From Octopus sinensis (taxonomy: Eukaryota): a DNA stretch of 64,000 bases. The stretch lies in the NCBI RefSeq assembly GCF_006345805.1, contig NC_043004.1, positions 91,264,001 through 91,328,000 on the forward strand. The letters run 5' to 3'. Each line of letters begins with the position of its first letter. The stretch's first letter is position 1. Made by a program: the position numbers and the translations under genes. Below, in pieces: positions 23,787 to 35,682 of this stretch. The notes under the pieces were generated by a model. It saw only the letters and a program-made list of their open reading frames with translations, had not been told where the DNA came from and did no database searches.

Positions 23787-26700
23787 AATAATAATAATAA
23801 TAATAACCATTTCTACCACAGGCACAAGGCCTGAAATTTTGGGGTAGGAGGATAGTCAATTCCATTGACTTCAGTGCTCCACGAGAGGATAAGTCAACCT
23901 TGGTGGTATTTGAATGCAGAAGCTAAAGATCGACAAAATGTCACTAAGCACTTTGACCAGCATGTCAACTTGCAGCAGCATTAATAATAATAATAATAAT
24001 AATCCTTTCTACTATAGGCACAATGCCTGAAATTTTTGGGGAGAGGACTAGTCGATTACATTGACCCCAGTGTTTCACTGGTACTTCATTTATTGACCTC
24101 AAAAAGATGAAAGGTAAAAATCAACCTTGACACAATTTGAACACAGAACGTAAGGATGGATGAAATGCTGATAGGCATTCTGCCTGGCTTTCTAACGATT
24201 CTGCCAGCTGGCCACCTTACTGCCTTTAATAATAATAATAATAATAATAATGATAATAATAATGATAATAATAATCCTTTCTACTATAGGCACAATGCCT
24301 GGAATTTGAGGGGAGGGGAATAGTCAATCACATCAACCCCAGTACTTGACTGGTACTTAATTTATCGACCTCAAAAGTATGAAAGGCAAAGACAACCTCG
24401 GCGGAATTTAAACGCAGAACCTAAGGACGGACAAAATGCCACTAAACACTTTGATCATTGTGCTAGCAATTCTGCCTGCTTGCCTCGTTGATTATAATAA
24501 TAATAATAATCCTTTCTACTATAGGCACAAGGCCCAAACTTTGGAGGAGGGGGTTAATCAATTACATTGATCCCAGTATCTAACTGGTACTTCATGTTTT
24601 TAGTCTTGAAGGGATGAAACGCAAAGTCAATCCTGGCAGAATTTGCACTCAGAATGCTGAGAACTGGAAGAAAAACTGCTAAGCATTTTGTTCAACACGC
24701 TAACAATTCTGCCACTTTACCACCTTGAATGACAACAACAACAACACTCTGTAGAATTTATCTTGAACTGGTAGTGCCAGGCCAAAGATTTCAGGAAGCT
24801 ATCAATAACCTCTAGTTGGATCATTCTCATCAGCATCCATAGCTTCTCTAAGAATGTTGCTGCTCTTTTTCACCCCTAATTTTCTATATGCAGCTATGAT
24901 AGAGCAAGACAGTTGGTGGAATGTCCATGGATTGTATCACCTTAATAACAAAGAGACAGCATACCAGATACCAGGCACTTAACTTGGTCTTTACTTGACA
25001 TAAAAACTGCAACTCGATCAAAGAAAAAAACCCAACTAATTGTCGAAATATAATCCTAACACAATAACTACATATCATTCAGGGAGCTCTGTAGATGCAC
25101 ATCATCAGTCACATCATACCTATTTCTTTACTACCCTAAAGGGGCTAAACACAGAGGGGACAAACAAGGACAGACATAGGTATTAAGTCGATTATATCGA
25201 CCCCAGTGCGTAACTGGTACTTAATTAATCGACTCCGAAAGGATGAAAGGCAAAGTCGACCTCGGCGGAATTTGAACTCAGAGCGTAACGGCAGACGAAA
25301 TACCGCTAAGCATTTCGCCCGGCGTGCTAACGTTTCTGCCAGCTTGCCACATCATACCAGGCTGTCTATGCAACAGATGTTGCTGGCAAATGGGCTTTCT
25401 GAATAATGGGATATGTCCCTTCCATAACAATCAAAAGAGCAGGCATTTAGCCTGCTCAGGTGAATGCTGAGGTAGTACTATCTGTGAGGAAGTAATATAT
25501 GCAGAAGGTTATGTATGCATTCACCATCTCTACTAAACTTTTCAGGAGCTTCCTCTCAGACCTATTTCTTTATTACCCACAAGTGGCTAAACACAGAGGG
25601 GACAAACAAGGACAGACATAGGTATTAAGTCGATTACATCGACCCCAGTGCGTAACTGGTACTTAATTTATCGACCCCGAAAGGATGAAAGGCAAAGTTG
25701 ACCTCGGCGGAATTTGAACTTACAACGTAACGCAGACGAAATACCGCTAAGCATTTCGCCCGGCGTGCTAACGATTCTGCCAGCTCGCCGCCTTCCTCTC
25801 AGACCGTTTCTAGGTGAGAATGACCACTCTGATTGAACCTCATTGCAGTTTTCTATCTAGCTGTATATTCAGACTGAACTAGGCTCTGTGCATCTTAACT
25901 AGTTGTCCAGAGACCCACAACATTGGTTGATGTGGACTTCCTTCTCCTCGTGCTGAGTTGCAAACCCACCAACTTGTCCTGGTTAATGTGTACTCTTTTC
26001 TAATATTTCTCTCTTCAAAGGCGGCGAGCTGGCAGAAATGTTAGCACGCCGGGTGAAATGCTTAGCGGTATTTCGTCTGCCACTACGTTCTGAGTTCAAA
26101 TTCCGCCGAGGTCGACTTTGCCTATCATCCTTTGGGGGTCGATAAATTAAGTACCAGTTATGCACTGGGGTCGATGTAATCGATTTAATCCATTTGTCTG
26201 TCCTTGTTCATCCCCTCTGTGTGTAGCTCCTTATGGGCAGTAAAGAAATAAGAACTGTTGCCATGTCAGGCAAAATGCTTAGAGGCTTTTCATCCACCTT
26301 CTAAGTTCAAATTCTGCTGAGGTCGACTTTGCCCTTTATTCTTTCAGAGTCAATAAAATAAGTACCAGTTGATCACTGGGGCCAATATAATCAACTTACT
26401 CCCTCCCTCAAATTGCTGGCCTTGTGCCAAAATTTTAAACCAATATTTCTCTCTTCAGAGAGATCTACCATTGGTTGTTAACAATCACTCTTATCAGCTT
26501 TTCACCTTATTCTAGTTCACCAATCCAGTTGCTGTAGGCTTTCCACATCAGGAATAATGTGCTAAACTTCCAGGAACCAAGCACCTGTCTATAGTAGAAA
26601 GGAATGTTGTTGTTTGTATTGTGTTGATAACTGTTGCTGCAAAGAACACTGGATTAGCAGAGACAGTATAGCATTTATGAAAGTACATTGTGGTATTTAG

Positions 26701-27081
26701 AGTCATCCCTTTCCATCTTATGTTCAAATTTATCTGGGTTTGACTTTGCCTTTTATGCTTTCAGAGTTAATTAATTAAATATCAGTTCAATCAAATTGAT
26801 TATGCATTCTTCACTTCTCAAACTGTGATAGTGTGTGGCTTAGATTTTCAGTTTGGGTAGTACATTGTGTCCTTCAGCTAGGCTCTTCATTTCACATTGT
26901 CACAGAACACTCAATGGCAACTGGGGCTTGACTTTGCTAGAGTCCCTTTAAGAGAGAGACGGAGGAATATTAGCCTGAATGCCTTGAAAATTCAGTTAAG
27001 CTCCAGCCCCATGAGTCTATGGCTGCTGTTGGAAGTAGACTTAACTTCTCAGAAAATGAAAAAAGACAAAAATAATATTAT

Positions 27082-27333
27082 GGAGATGTACTTGCATAGC
27101 AAGTGATTTGATCTGAGATTGTGTGCTGAAACGAAAACAATTGCAGCATGGAAGGTGTTTGTAAGCCATTTAAGAAACATGCAAAAGCTGTTCGATTCAC
27201 TTCAACGGATTTTTGTCAGTGAACAGGTCGCGGTCTTAAAGCGACGAAAATATTTTGACAAATTAAACTTAAATGTTGAAGTGAATCGAACGGCTTTTGT
27301 ATGTTTCTTAAATGGCTTACAAACACCTTCCAC
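27082..27333. mobile_element. Non-coding fold-back mini-element, probably Penelope-like (PLE) derived (copy 1)
   Basis: Two opposed partial copies of one sequence, with a ~58-nt tail on one arm only and a hammerhead at the junction. Possible TSD ACAAAAATAATA. Confidence 0.7.
27212..27262 (+). ncRNA. Minimal type I hammerhead ribozyme motif, G3:C8 variant (copy 1)
   Basis: Stem I TTTGTCA/TGACAAA; core GTGAACA(+G); stem II GTCGC-GGTCTTAAA-GCGAC; GAAA; palindromic stem III AATATT; U17 at 27255. Confidence 0.8.
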
Positions 27334-28629
27334 AAAAATAATAATACAAATTAAAACATTTTTGACTAGTGGCTATGTTAGAAATATACTGTAAGTCTAA
27401 AGATACATATCTTCTAAGCACTCATTGGTTATGTGGATACTTTGTAAATACCCCATGAAGTGATGACTGTGCCCTGCATTGTTACAGGCTGCCCTTTGGC
27501 AAGGCAGAGTACCCATTCAATCACCCTGCCTGGGATACAGCAAAGTCATGGAACTGCAGTATGACAGACTGTGATGAGGTGGTGGAAGAGCTCAAATGAG
27601 CCAGCCGTGCTTCTTAAAATGATGCTGAGCAGAGGAATCCTAGAAGATCAGCAGTCAGGATCACTAAGCTCTATCAAGGGAGTAATTGCAACACATCCAT
27701 TGGGGTGGCATCCATTGCTGTGTAATCAGCTAATGGAAGATTCACAAAGACTCAAGCTTTCAATTCAAATTCATAATAATGGAATTGGATGGCAATAGAG
27801 AGAGTCATGGGAATCCATGGATGCAGCAGAAAAAAAAACGAGGTTTCAAAAGGCTTTTAATGACGGCAGGTTCATCTGTGGATCTGTTTTATGATATGAT
27901 ACAGGTGAAGGAGAAATTTCCCCACTAGAAACAACACCAGTCTTTCTTAAGTAGTGTTTCCACTACTGAACTGGTCCAAATTCTCAGCAACTACTACATG
28001 AACAGAAGCAATGTAGAATTTGATGTTCTGTTGAGATCTCCATCAGATGTAAACTCATGACCTATGTGTAAGTAGTTCACTGTCTTGTCTAGTCAGCCAT
28101 CTTGTCTATATACTGGGTTATGCAGTCTGTAGACCTGTATAGAGAATGTAACACTTCTTCCTTTACTGTCAGAGCATAATACAAAGTACCAAATGTATTT
28201 GTCTACCAAAAATATTTCTGTGGTGTTGCTGTCTCCATGGTGATGGAGGAGAGGAGGTCATTGCAAATTAATAAAGCTATAAATTATAAAACAGTGTTTA
28301 ATTTATAGGCTGACAAACGTTGTTAAGTGGAGATAATGAAAACATTAAGATAACTTGTCTGAGTGACAGATAAGTGGTTTTCCTGCCTGACACTTTGTAA
28401 ATTAGTACAGTACATGGTAACTGAAATGAAATGGTGATGAAGAACATTCAATAATGTAGTACCTGGATTATTTATTAAAAAAACTGTTTAGTCAGTGATG
28501 AAACCTCTTTCTAGCTGCTTAGTATGCTTGAAATAGCAATTAAATTGCCCTCAATCAAATGATTTAATGTCTTTAACATACTCATTGTACTCCCAATTTC
28601 TACCAGAATGGACACCCTTCTCTGTTTAA

Positions 28630-29098
28630 TCAACCAAATATGAACCATCTTTCCTTTAACTTGAAAATACCCTCTTCCCAGAATTGAGGTGATTTCATGG
28701 CAAAGAATTCATCAAGGTATCTTTTTACGTCATCCAAGGAATTGAAATTTTTACCATTAAGACTATTCTGCAGAGACCTGAATAAGTGGAAATCCAAAGG
28801 AGCAATATCTGGTGAATATGGAGGGTAGGGGTAACACATCCCAGTCGAGCTGCAGCAATTTTTGTCTTGTTCCCAAAGCATCAAGTGCCGAAAATGAACT
28901 TTCTTATCTTCCATTTTAAAGGGTTACAGAACTAACACAGATTATAGGAACATAAACCTTCTTCCATGAAAAGATAGCTTAAACTGTGCTCTAAATGGAG
29001 GTGTAGTCAAATCCTATTTTATGGACTCAACCATGTTCTAAAATAAGTCGAAAGGTAAGCTACTATAAATCGGCACGAACTTTCCGGACAACCCAATA
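28630..29098 (-). mobile_element. Mariner (DD34D) deletion derivative, one TIR
   Basis: MEDKKVHFRHLMLW fused to PYSPDIAPLDFHLFRSLQNSLNGKNF. TIR TATTGGGTTGTCCGGAAAGTTCGTGCCGATTT at about 29067-29098. Confidence 0.85.
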
Positions 29099-30059
29099 GA
29101 TTGCATTGCATTGTATTGTATTTATTCTCTTCATTACAATAGTTATATATATATATATATGTGTTGGGGGGAGAGGGTAGTCAATTACATTGGCCCCAGG
29201 ATGAAAAGCAATGTCAACCTTTGTGGAATTTGAACTCAGAACATAAAGCTGGACAAAATGCTGCTCAGCATTTTGCCTCGCATGCTAACATCTGTCAGCA
29301 TACCAATTGTTTCTATTATAGGCACAAGGACTGGAATTTTTTTGGGGGAAGGGGTTAATTGATTACACTGATCCCAGTGCTCAACTGGTACTTATTTTCT
29401 TGGCCCTGGCGGAATTTGAACTCATAATGAAATACTGTAAGCATTTTGCCTAGCATGCTAACAATTCTGCCAGCAGGCCACCTTAATAATAATAATAATG
29501 TTTTCAAATTTTGGCACAAGGCCAGCAAGTTTTTTGGGGGTGGGGTGGGGGGTAAGTCGATTGCACCAACCCCAGTACTCAACTGGTACTTATTTCATTG
29601 ACCCTGAAAGGATGCAAGGCAAAGTCAATCTTGATAAAATTTGAACTCAGAACACAAAGGCATGAAATGCAATTAATAGTTCTGCAAACTTGCCAATTTA
29701 ATAATAATAATAATAATAATGATGATGATAATGATAATAATAATAATAAACCTTTCTATTGGAAGCACAAGGCCTCAAATTTGTGGGGCGGGGACCAGTC
29801 AATAACATCAACTCCAGTGTTTTACTGGTGCTTAATCTATCAAACCTGAAAGCATGAAAGGCAAAGTCAACCTTGGCGGAATTTGAACATAGCAACAAGC
29901 GAAATACTACAAAGCATTTTGATCAACATGCTAACAATTCTGCCAGCTCACTGCCTTAATAATAATAATAATAACAACAGCAACAACAAGATCAAGAATA
30001 TAATTCAAAAACAAAATTTCAAAAAAGCTGGAAAGGATATAATATTACTATAGACTGAC

Positions 30060-30117
30060 CTCCTCCAGAGATTAAATGGTTCCCAACACGACCACCACTT
30101 CGAGATGCACTTGGGTT
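30060..30117 (-). CDS. IFT74: IFT74 exon (NPSASRSGGRVGNHLISGG)
   Basis: tttcccacag acceptor and gtcagt donor. 58 bp, phase 0->1, bridging the flanking exons in frame. Confidence 0.8.
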
Positions 30118-30651
30118 CTGTGGGAAACAGAAGATATGAAAAATACATGAGTATAGCAAATAATATTTTTAGACTAAAACTTAGATTTGTTAGTTTGATA
30201 CCACATGTGGGTACATAAAACACATACACACAATCTAAAACATGTTTGTGTGTGTAGAGACACACATATAGATACACACATGCATGCAGACACACACACA
30301 GAATATATATAGGTTGGATATATATATATATATATATATACATATAGCCAACCAATACTTTGGAGTACCTTAATTCTTGGTTTGGTTAGTGCTTTCGGAT
30401 TATCTTGTTATTGGATTATTGGATTACCACAATTATGTCAATTCTTCATCCTTTATAGATATACAGGCGCTATATATAGATATATAGGCGCAGGAGTGGC
30501 TGTGTGGTAAGTAGCTCACTAACCAACCACATGGTCCCGGGTTCAGTCCCACTGCGTGGCATCTTGGGCAAGTGTCTTCTGCTATAGCCCCGGGCCGACC
30601 AATGCCTTGTGAGTGGATTTGGTAGACGGAAACTGAAAGAAGCCTGTCGTA

Positions 30652-30716
<65 letters not shown>

Positions 30717-31194
30717 TTGTGTGTCTGTGTTTGTTCCCCTAGCATTGCTTGACAACCGATGCTGGTGTGTTTACGTCCCTGTCACTTAGCGGTTCGGCAA
30801 AAAGAGACCGATAGAATAAGTACGGGGCTTACAAAAAGAATAAGTCCCGGGGTCAAGTTGCTCGACTAAAGGCGGTGCTCCAGCATGGCCGCAGTCAAAT
30901 GACTGAAATAAGTAAAAGAGTAAAAGAGTATACATACATATATATATAGACTCACACACACACACACTCAAACATGTATACAAATAAACACATACATATT
31001 TTCCTCATATATGCATGCACACACACTAAGTCATGCCATTATATTTATACACAGGTACATACACACACTATATGCGTATGTGTGTAGATAGATAGAAAAC
31101 ATGTATATATATTTATGCACAGATGTACCAACATATATACATAGACATACACATTATATCCCTCTATCAATATATATATGTGTATATATATATA

Positions 31195-31245
31195 TGTGGT
31201 GTGTGTGTGTGTGTGTGTGGTGTGTGTGTGTGTGTGTGTGTGGTG

Positions 31246-31276
<31 letters not shown>

Positions 31277-31277
31277 T

Positions 31278-31316
<39 letters not shown>

Positions 31317-32240
31317 ATGCATATTCTTTTATCAAACAATGTAAATTTAGCAACCCAAAGATGTCGAACACAGCTGTAACTGAAGGATGGTTGACTGGTC
31401 GTTCGGCGCCATAGATGGAGTTGTGGGCCATCCAAGTGGTGCCGGTGCTGGTGGTGGTCATTCTTGGAGTGTCTCTCAGGCCTTGTCATGGCTGGTCAGT
31501 ACATGAGGCAGCAATGTGTTGAACAACATAACATGCTCTATCTTGTTGATGAATCGTTGTCATCATCACCATCATCATCATCATCACCATCATCACCATT
31601 ACCATCATCATCATCATCACCATTAGCCTCATGCTCATCAACATAATCACTTCCACATGATCATCATTGCCAGCTGACATTACTGTCACTATCACTGTTG
31701 TCATCATCATCATCTTCATCATCAAAATCATTACCATCACCATCACCACGATCATTGTCATTATTCTCATCACTAATACAAACACAACCTCTGAAACCAT
31801 CACCATCACTGCAACCCTACATGCCGGAGTGATAACCATAGCAGCTCCACCACCACCACCACCACCACTACCGTCACCACTCTCACTCTTATCACTGTTA
31901 CTCACCCTCACCATTACCTACATTACCACATCTATAATGTACAGTCAATGCCACTCTGTCATCACCCCCCCCCACTAACACCACTACCTTCACTAACATC
32001 ATCATCATTATTACCATCAGAGGATCCAGCCTCTATGACAACTACTACTACTACCACCACCACCACTTCCCTTCTCACCATTATCACAGTCATATACCAC
32101 CACCATTATCTACTCTACCATATCCACAATATACAGCTGTTACCACCACCACCACCACTACCACCACCACCACCACCACTACAATCAACTTAACAACAAC
32201 TACCTCCACAAACATCACCACCATTGCCATTGCAGCAGTG
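31195..32240. repeat. Compound microsatellite/low-complexity tract ((TG)n, (CAT)n, (CAC)n)
   Basis: Directly visible; source of the spurious His/Thr/Met-rich ORFs. Confidence 0.9.
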
Positions 32241-32835
32241 CGCTGCTGCCATCACCATCTCACCCACCATCTCTTTATTGCCCACAAGGGCCTACACACA
32301 GAGTGGACAAACAAGGACGGACAAACAAATTAAGTCAATTATATCGACCCTAGTGCATAACTGGTACTTAATTTATCCACCCCGAAAGGATGAAAAGTAA
32401 AGTCGACCTCGGTGGAATTTGAACTCAGAACGTAACAGCAGACGAAATACAGCTACGCATTTCGCCCGGCGTGCTAAGGTTTCATCCAGCTCGCTGCCTT
32501 TCTCACCCACCAATGCCCTTTTCTGCTATCATCATCATCATTAGATCTAATCCTTGCCCATAAGTAAGAAAGGCCCAGTTTCAACATTACCATCCTGATC
32601 TGAGTAGCCAATATCAACCAGTTGTTCACAGGGACCAGCAACAGACTACTAGTGTTAACAGAGATACATTCGTAAAGGTGGCAAGCAGGTAGAATCATTA
32701 GTATGTTGGGCAAAATTTATAGCAGCATTTCGTCCTTCTTTAGGTTCTAAGTTCAAATGCTGCTGAAGTTGATTTTGTCTTTCATCCTTTTGGGAGTCAA
32801 TAAATCGTGGGGATGCCCTTCATAACATGAATAAT

Positions 32836-33492
32836 TTTAGAGAGCATACTGGGTGTCGGTCCAGTGCATCCATGCTGCCAACAAAGCACGCGGAGTTCTG
32901 TTTTTGATTCGACGGTCATTCGGAATGCTCACAGCAGCCATATTCCTACCGCTCTATGTCACGCTGGTGAGACCCATATTGGAGTACGGGATTCAAGCCT
33001 CTTCTCCTTATCTCCTCAAAGACATACATCATTTTGAAAGAGTCCAGAAGCTGGCTACCCGTATGGTTCTTGGTCTCAAGCATTTGTCTTATGAAGAAAG
33101 GCAGAAGACGCTCGACCTTAATTCTCTAGAAAAACGCCGCCACCGTGGTGATCTCATTCTTGCTCACAACATCATAAGCGGAAAGTGTAACCTCTCAAAA
33201 GAGCTGTTCTTCACTTCTGCTCCAGAGCATCGGCTGCTGGGTCACTCCGAAAAGCTCTATCTGCAATGATTTCATCTCAATCGAAGGAGAGGGGCTTTCT
33301 CCATCCAGGTTGCGGATCCGTGGAATAAGCTGCCGGACGAGATAGTGAAGATGCCGACGACCGCTCGGTTCAAAGTCTCTCTTGACCAGAAATGGCCTGA
33401 AATCTTTGGATGAACACCACCCTGTACATAACTCCATGTCCCCCTACATGGCCTTGCCTTTTGCTTTTTGAGCCAAAAATATTAACTTAACT
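32836..33492 (+). mobile_element. Young CR1/L2-group LINE 3' end
   Basis: LYVTLVRPILEYG...ERVQKLATR...RRHRGDLI peptide, then 3'UTR and TTAAC tail. Confidence 0.9.
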
Positions 33493-34086
33493 TTATACTG
33501 GGTAACTTGCACGTCAAAGTCTCATCAACTGAGAGGAGAGTGACATTGAGGGTGGTGGCTTTGTGCCAGGCAATGAGAGGTTAAGCTATGACGGAGGAAC
33601 GGAGACAGGTGTCTTGCTGTAGAGGAGATACATGGCTACCCCAGTCAGAGAGAGGGTGGAGGTGGGGGAGATGAGATGGTGGTGATGTGCCAGGGTGTAC
33701 CCTCAAGGTACAAAAAGGTAAATGTAAGTGGAGTGGTACAGTGGATTGGATAAGGTGGGTGGGTAGGGAGTCTACGAGAATGTAAGAGCAGAGTGGGGGG
33801 AAGGGAGAAATGTGTAAATGTGCTTTTAAATAAAATAAAGCATTACTCAAATTGAAAATAAAACGAGGCAACACAATACAATAGTACAATAAGTAAAATG
33901 TGGCAGGATCAAATACTTCAGCAATAACTTTAAGCAAATAAATGCAAAAGAAGAATAATATATTCACTTATTTGGAAAGTTGAAAGACAAAAGAGAGAAG
34001 TGTTGTGACTGTGGTGGGCATGAGTTGATAGTTGTTACAGTTATACAGCCGTGTGTAAAAGGAGAGAGTGGTGATGGTAGTAGATG

Positions 34087-34306
34087 GTACAATCAAAGGA
34101 GAGGAGCTTTCTCCGTCCGGGTTGCGGATCCATGGAATAAGCTGCCGGACGAGATAGTGAAGATGCCGACGACCGCTCGGTTCAAAGTCTCTCTTGACCA
34201 GAAATGGCCTGAACTCTTTGCATGAACACCCTCCCTGTACATAACTCCATGTCCCCCTACATGGCCTCGCTTTTTGCTTTTTGAGCCAAAAAATTAACTT
34301 AACTTA
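34087..34306 (+). mobile_element. Young CR1/L2-group LINE 3' end (short)
   Basis: Same 3' end and TTAAC tail. Confidence 0.88.
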
Positions 34307-35167
34307 ATACTGTTGTTCCATTCTATAAAAGGTGAGTTTCCATCATCACCATCATTATCCTCCTCCCCCTCCTCCTCCTCGTCGTTGTCAGCGGCGGCAT
34401 CATCCATTCATCCATCTACCATGCTGGCAAGGTTTGGATGGTTTGACAGGATCTGACAAGAGCTGGAGGACTACGTCAAGCTTCAGTGTCTGCTTTGGCA
34501 TGGTTTGTATAACTGGATGCCCCTTCTTAACACCAACCGCTTTATAGAGTGTACTGGGTGCTTTTTGGTGGGAGATCAGAGCAAATGAGATTGCTAAGGA
34601 ACTTACAAGACAAAGACCCATTGATTGAATTCGCTTGCAGAAGTGAGAGTGAGGTGGCTTTATACCAGGTGTCTTGCTCTGGAAGAAATACTTGACTACT
34701 TCTCATTATATAGGACTACAAAGAAGATAGAGATGTTGGTGGTGGGGTGGTAGAGCATATCATCAACAACAACATCAATGGAAATTGTAGCTGTGATACC
34801 AGTGCCGGTGACACATAAGAGAACCATCTGAACGTGGCCATTGCCAGCGCCGCCCCGACTGGCTTCCGTGCCAGTGGCACGTAAAAAGCACCATCCGATC
34901 GTGGCCATTGCCAGCCTCGCTTGGCCTCCGTGCCGGTGGCATGTAAAAAGCACCATCCAATCGTGGCCGTTTGCCAGCCTCGTCTGGCACCTGTGCCGGT
35001 GGCATGTAAAAAGCACCTACTACACTAATGGAATGGTTGGCGTTAGGAAGAGCATCCAGCCGTAGAAACATTGCCAGATCAGACTGGGCCTGGTGCAGCC
35101 TTCTGGCTTCCCAGACCCCAGTTGAACCGTCCAACCCATGCCAGCATGGAAATCGGATACCAAAAGC

Positions 35168-35376
35168 GGGTATCTTATAGTCATCATTCATATCGAGCCC
35201 TTCTGGGTATTAGCGCGCGCGTCTACGATGAGTCTACGATTTAAAAAAAAATTTACCATCATTTTTCTGCATTTTTAATGATTTTTGCTCGGGTTATATA
35301 AGGGAAGTAACTCTCTAAAAATGCTTATATAGTTATTTCCCTTACAAACCCGAGCAACGCCGGGCGATACTGCTAG
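35168..35376 (+). mobile_element. Helitron 3' part, same family as 39103-39619
   Basis: Same internal blocks, hairpin and CTAG end. Confidence 0.8.
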
Positions 35377-35635
35377 TAATACAATAAACCTGTAGACAGA
35401 TTAGATATAAGGAAAGCCTGTAGATAGATCAGAAGAGAGAGAGGGAGAGAGATGGACAGGAGCAGGTTGGAGGGTCAGCTCTCTCCTGTTTCAAATTAGT
35501 ACACAATCATGCATACCACTTATAATAAAATCTCAGCTTTTTATTTATTCAGAAACCTCATAAGTTTCTAAAGGATGTGGAACTAGCAGAAGACCAAATT
35601 AGACATAGCAGACAGTGAACTGGAACAATACTTAC

Positions 35636-35682
35636 CATTGCTGTAGTCAGTCGCGTAGCAGTACCTGGTTGTCTTCCGGCGG
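35636..35682 (-). CDS. IFT74: IFT74 exon (AGRQPGTATRLTTAM)
   Basis: tttctcaag acceptor and gtaagt donor. 47 bp, phase 1->0. Resembles the R..TAM motif of the IFT74 N-terminus. Confidence 0.8.

Noticed and set aside
27105-27140. CTGAGATCGTGTGCTGAAAC in the element tail as a second hammerhead
   Set aside because: The core is one base short of CUGANGA and no stem II forms.
31045-32240. His/Thr/Met/Pro-rich ORFs
   Set aside because: Translations of (CA)n, (CAT)n and (CAC)n microsatellites.
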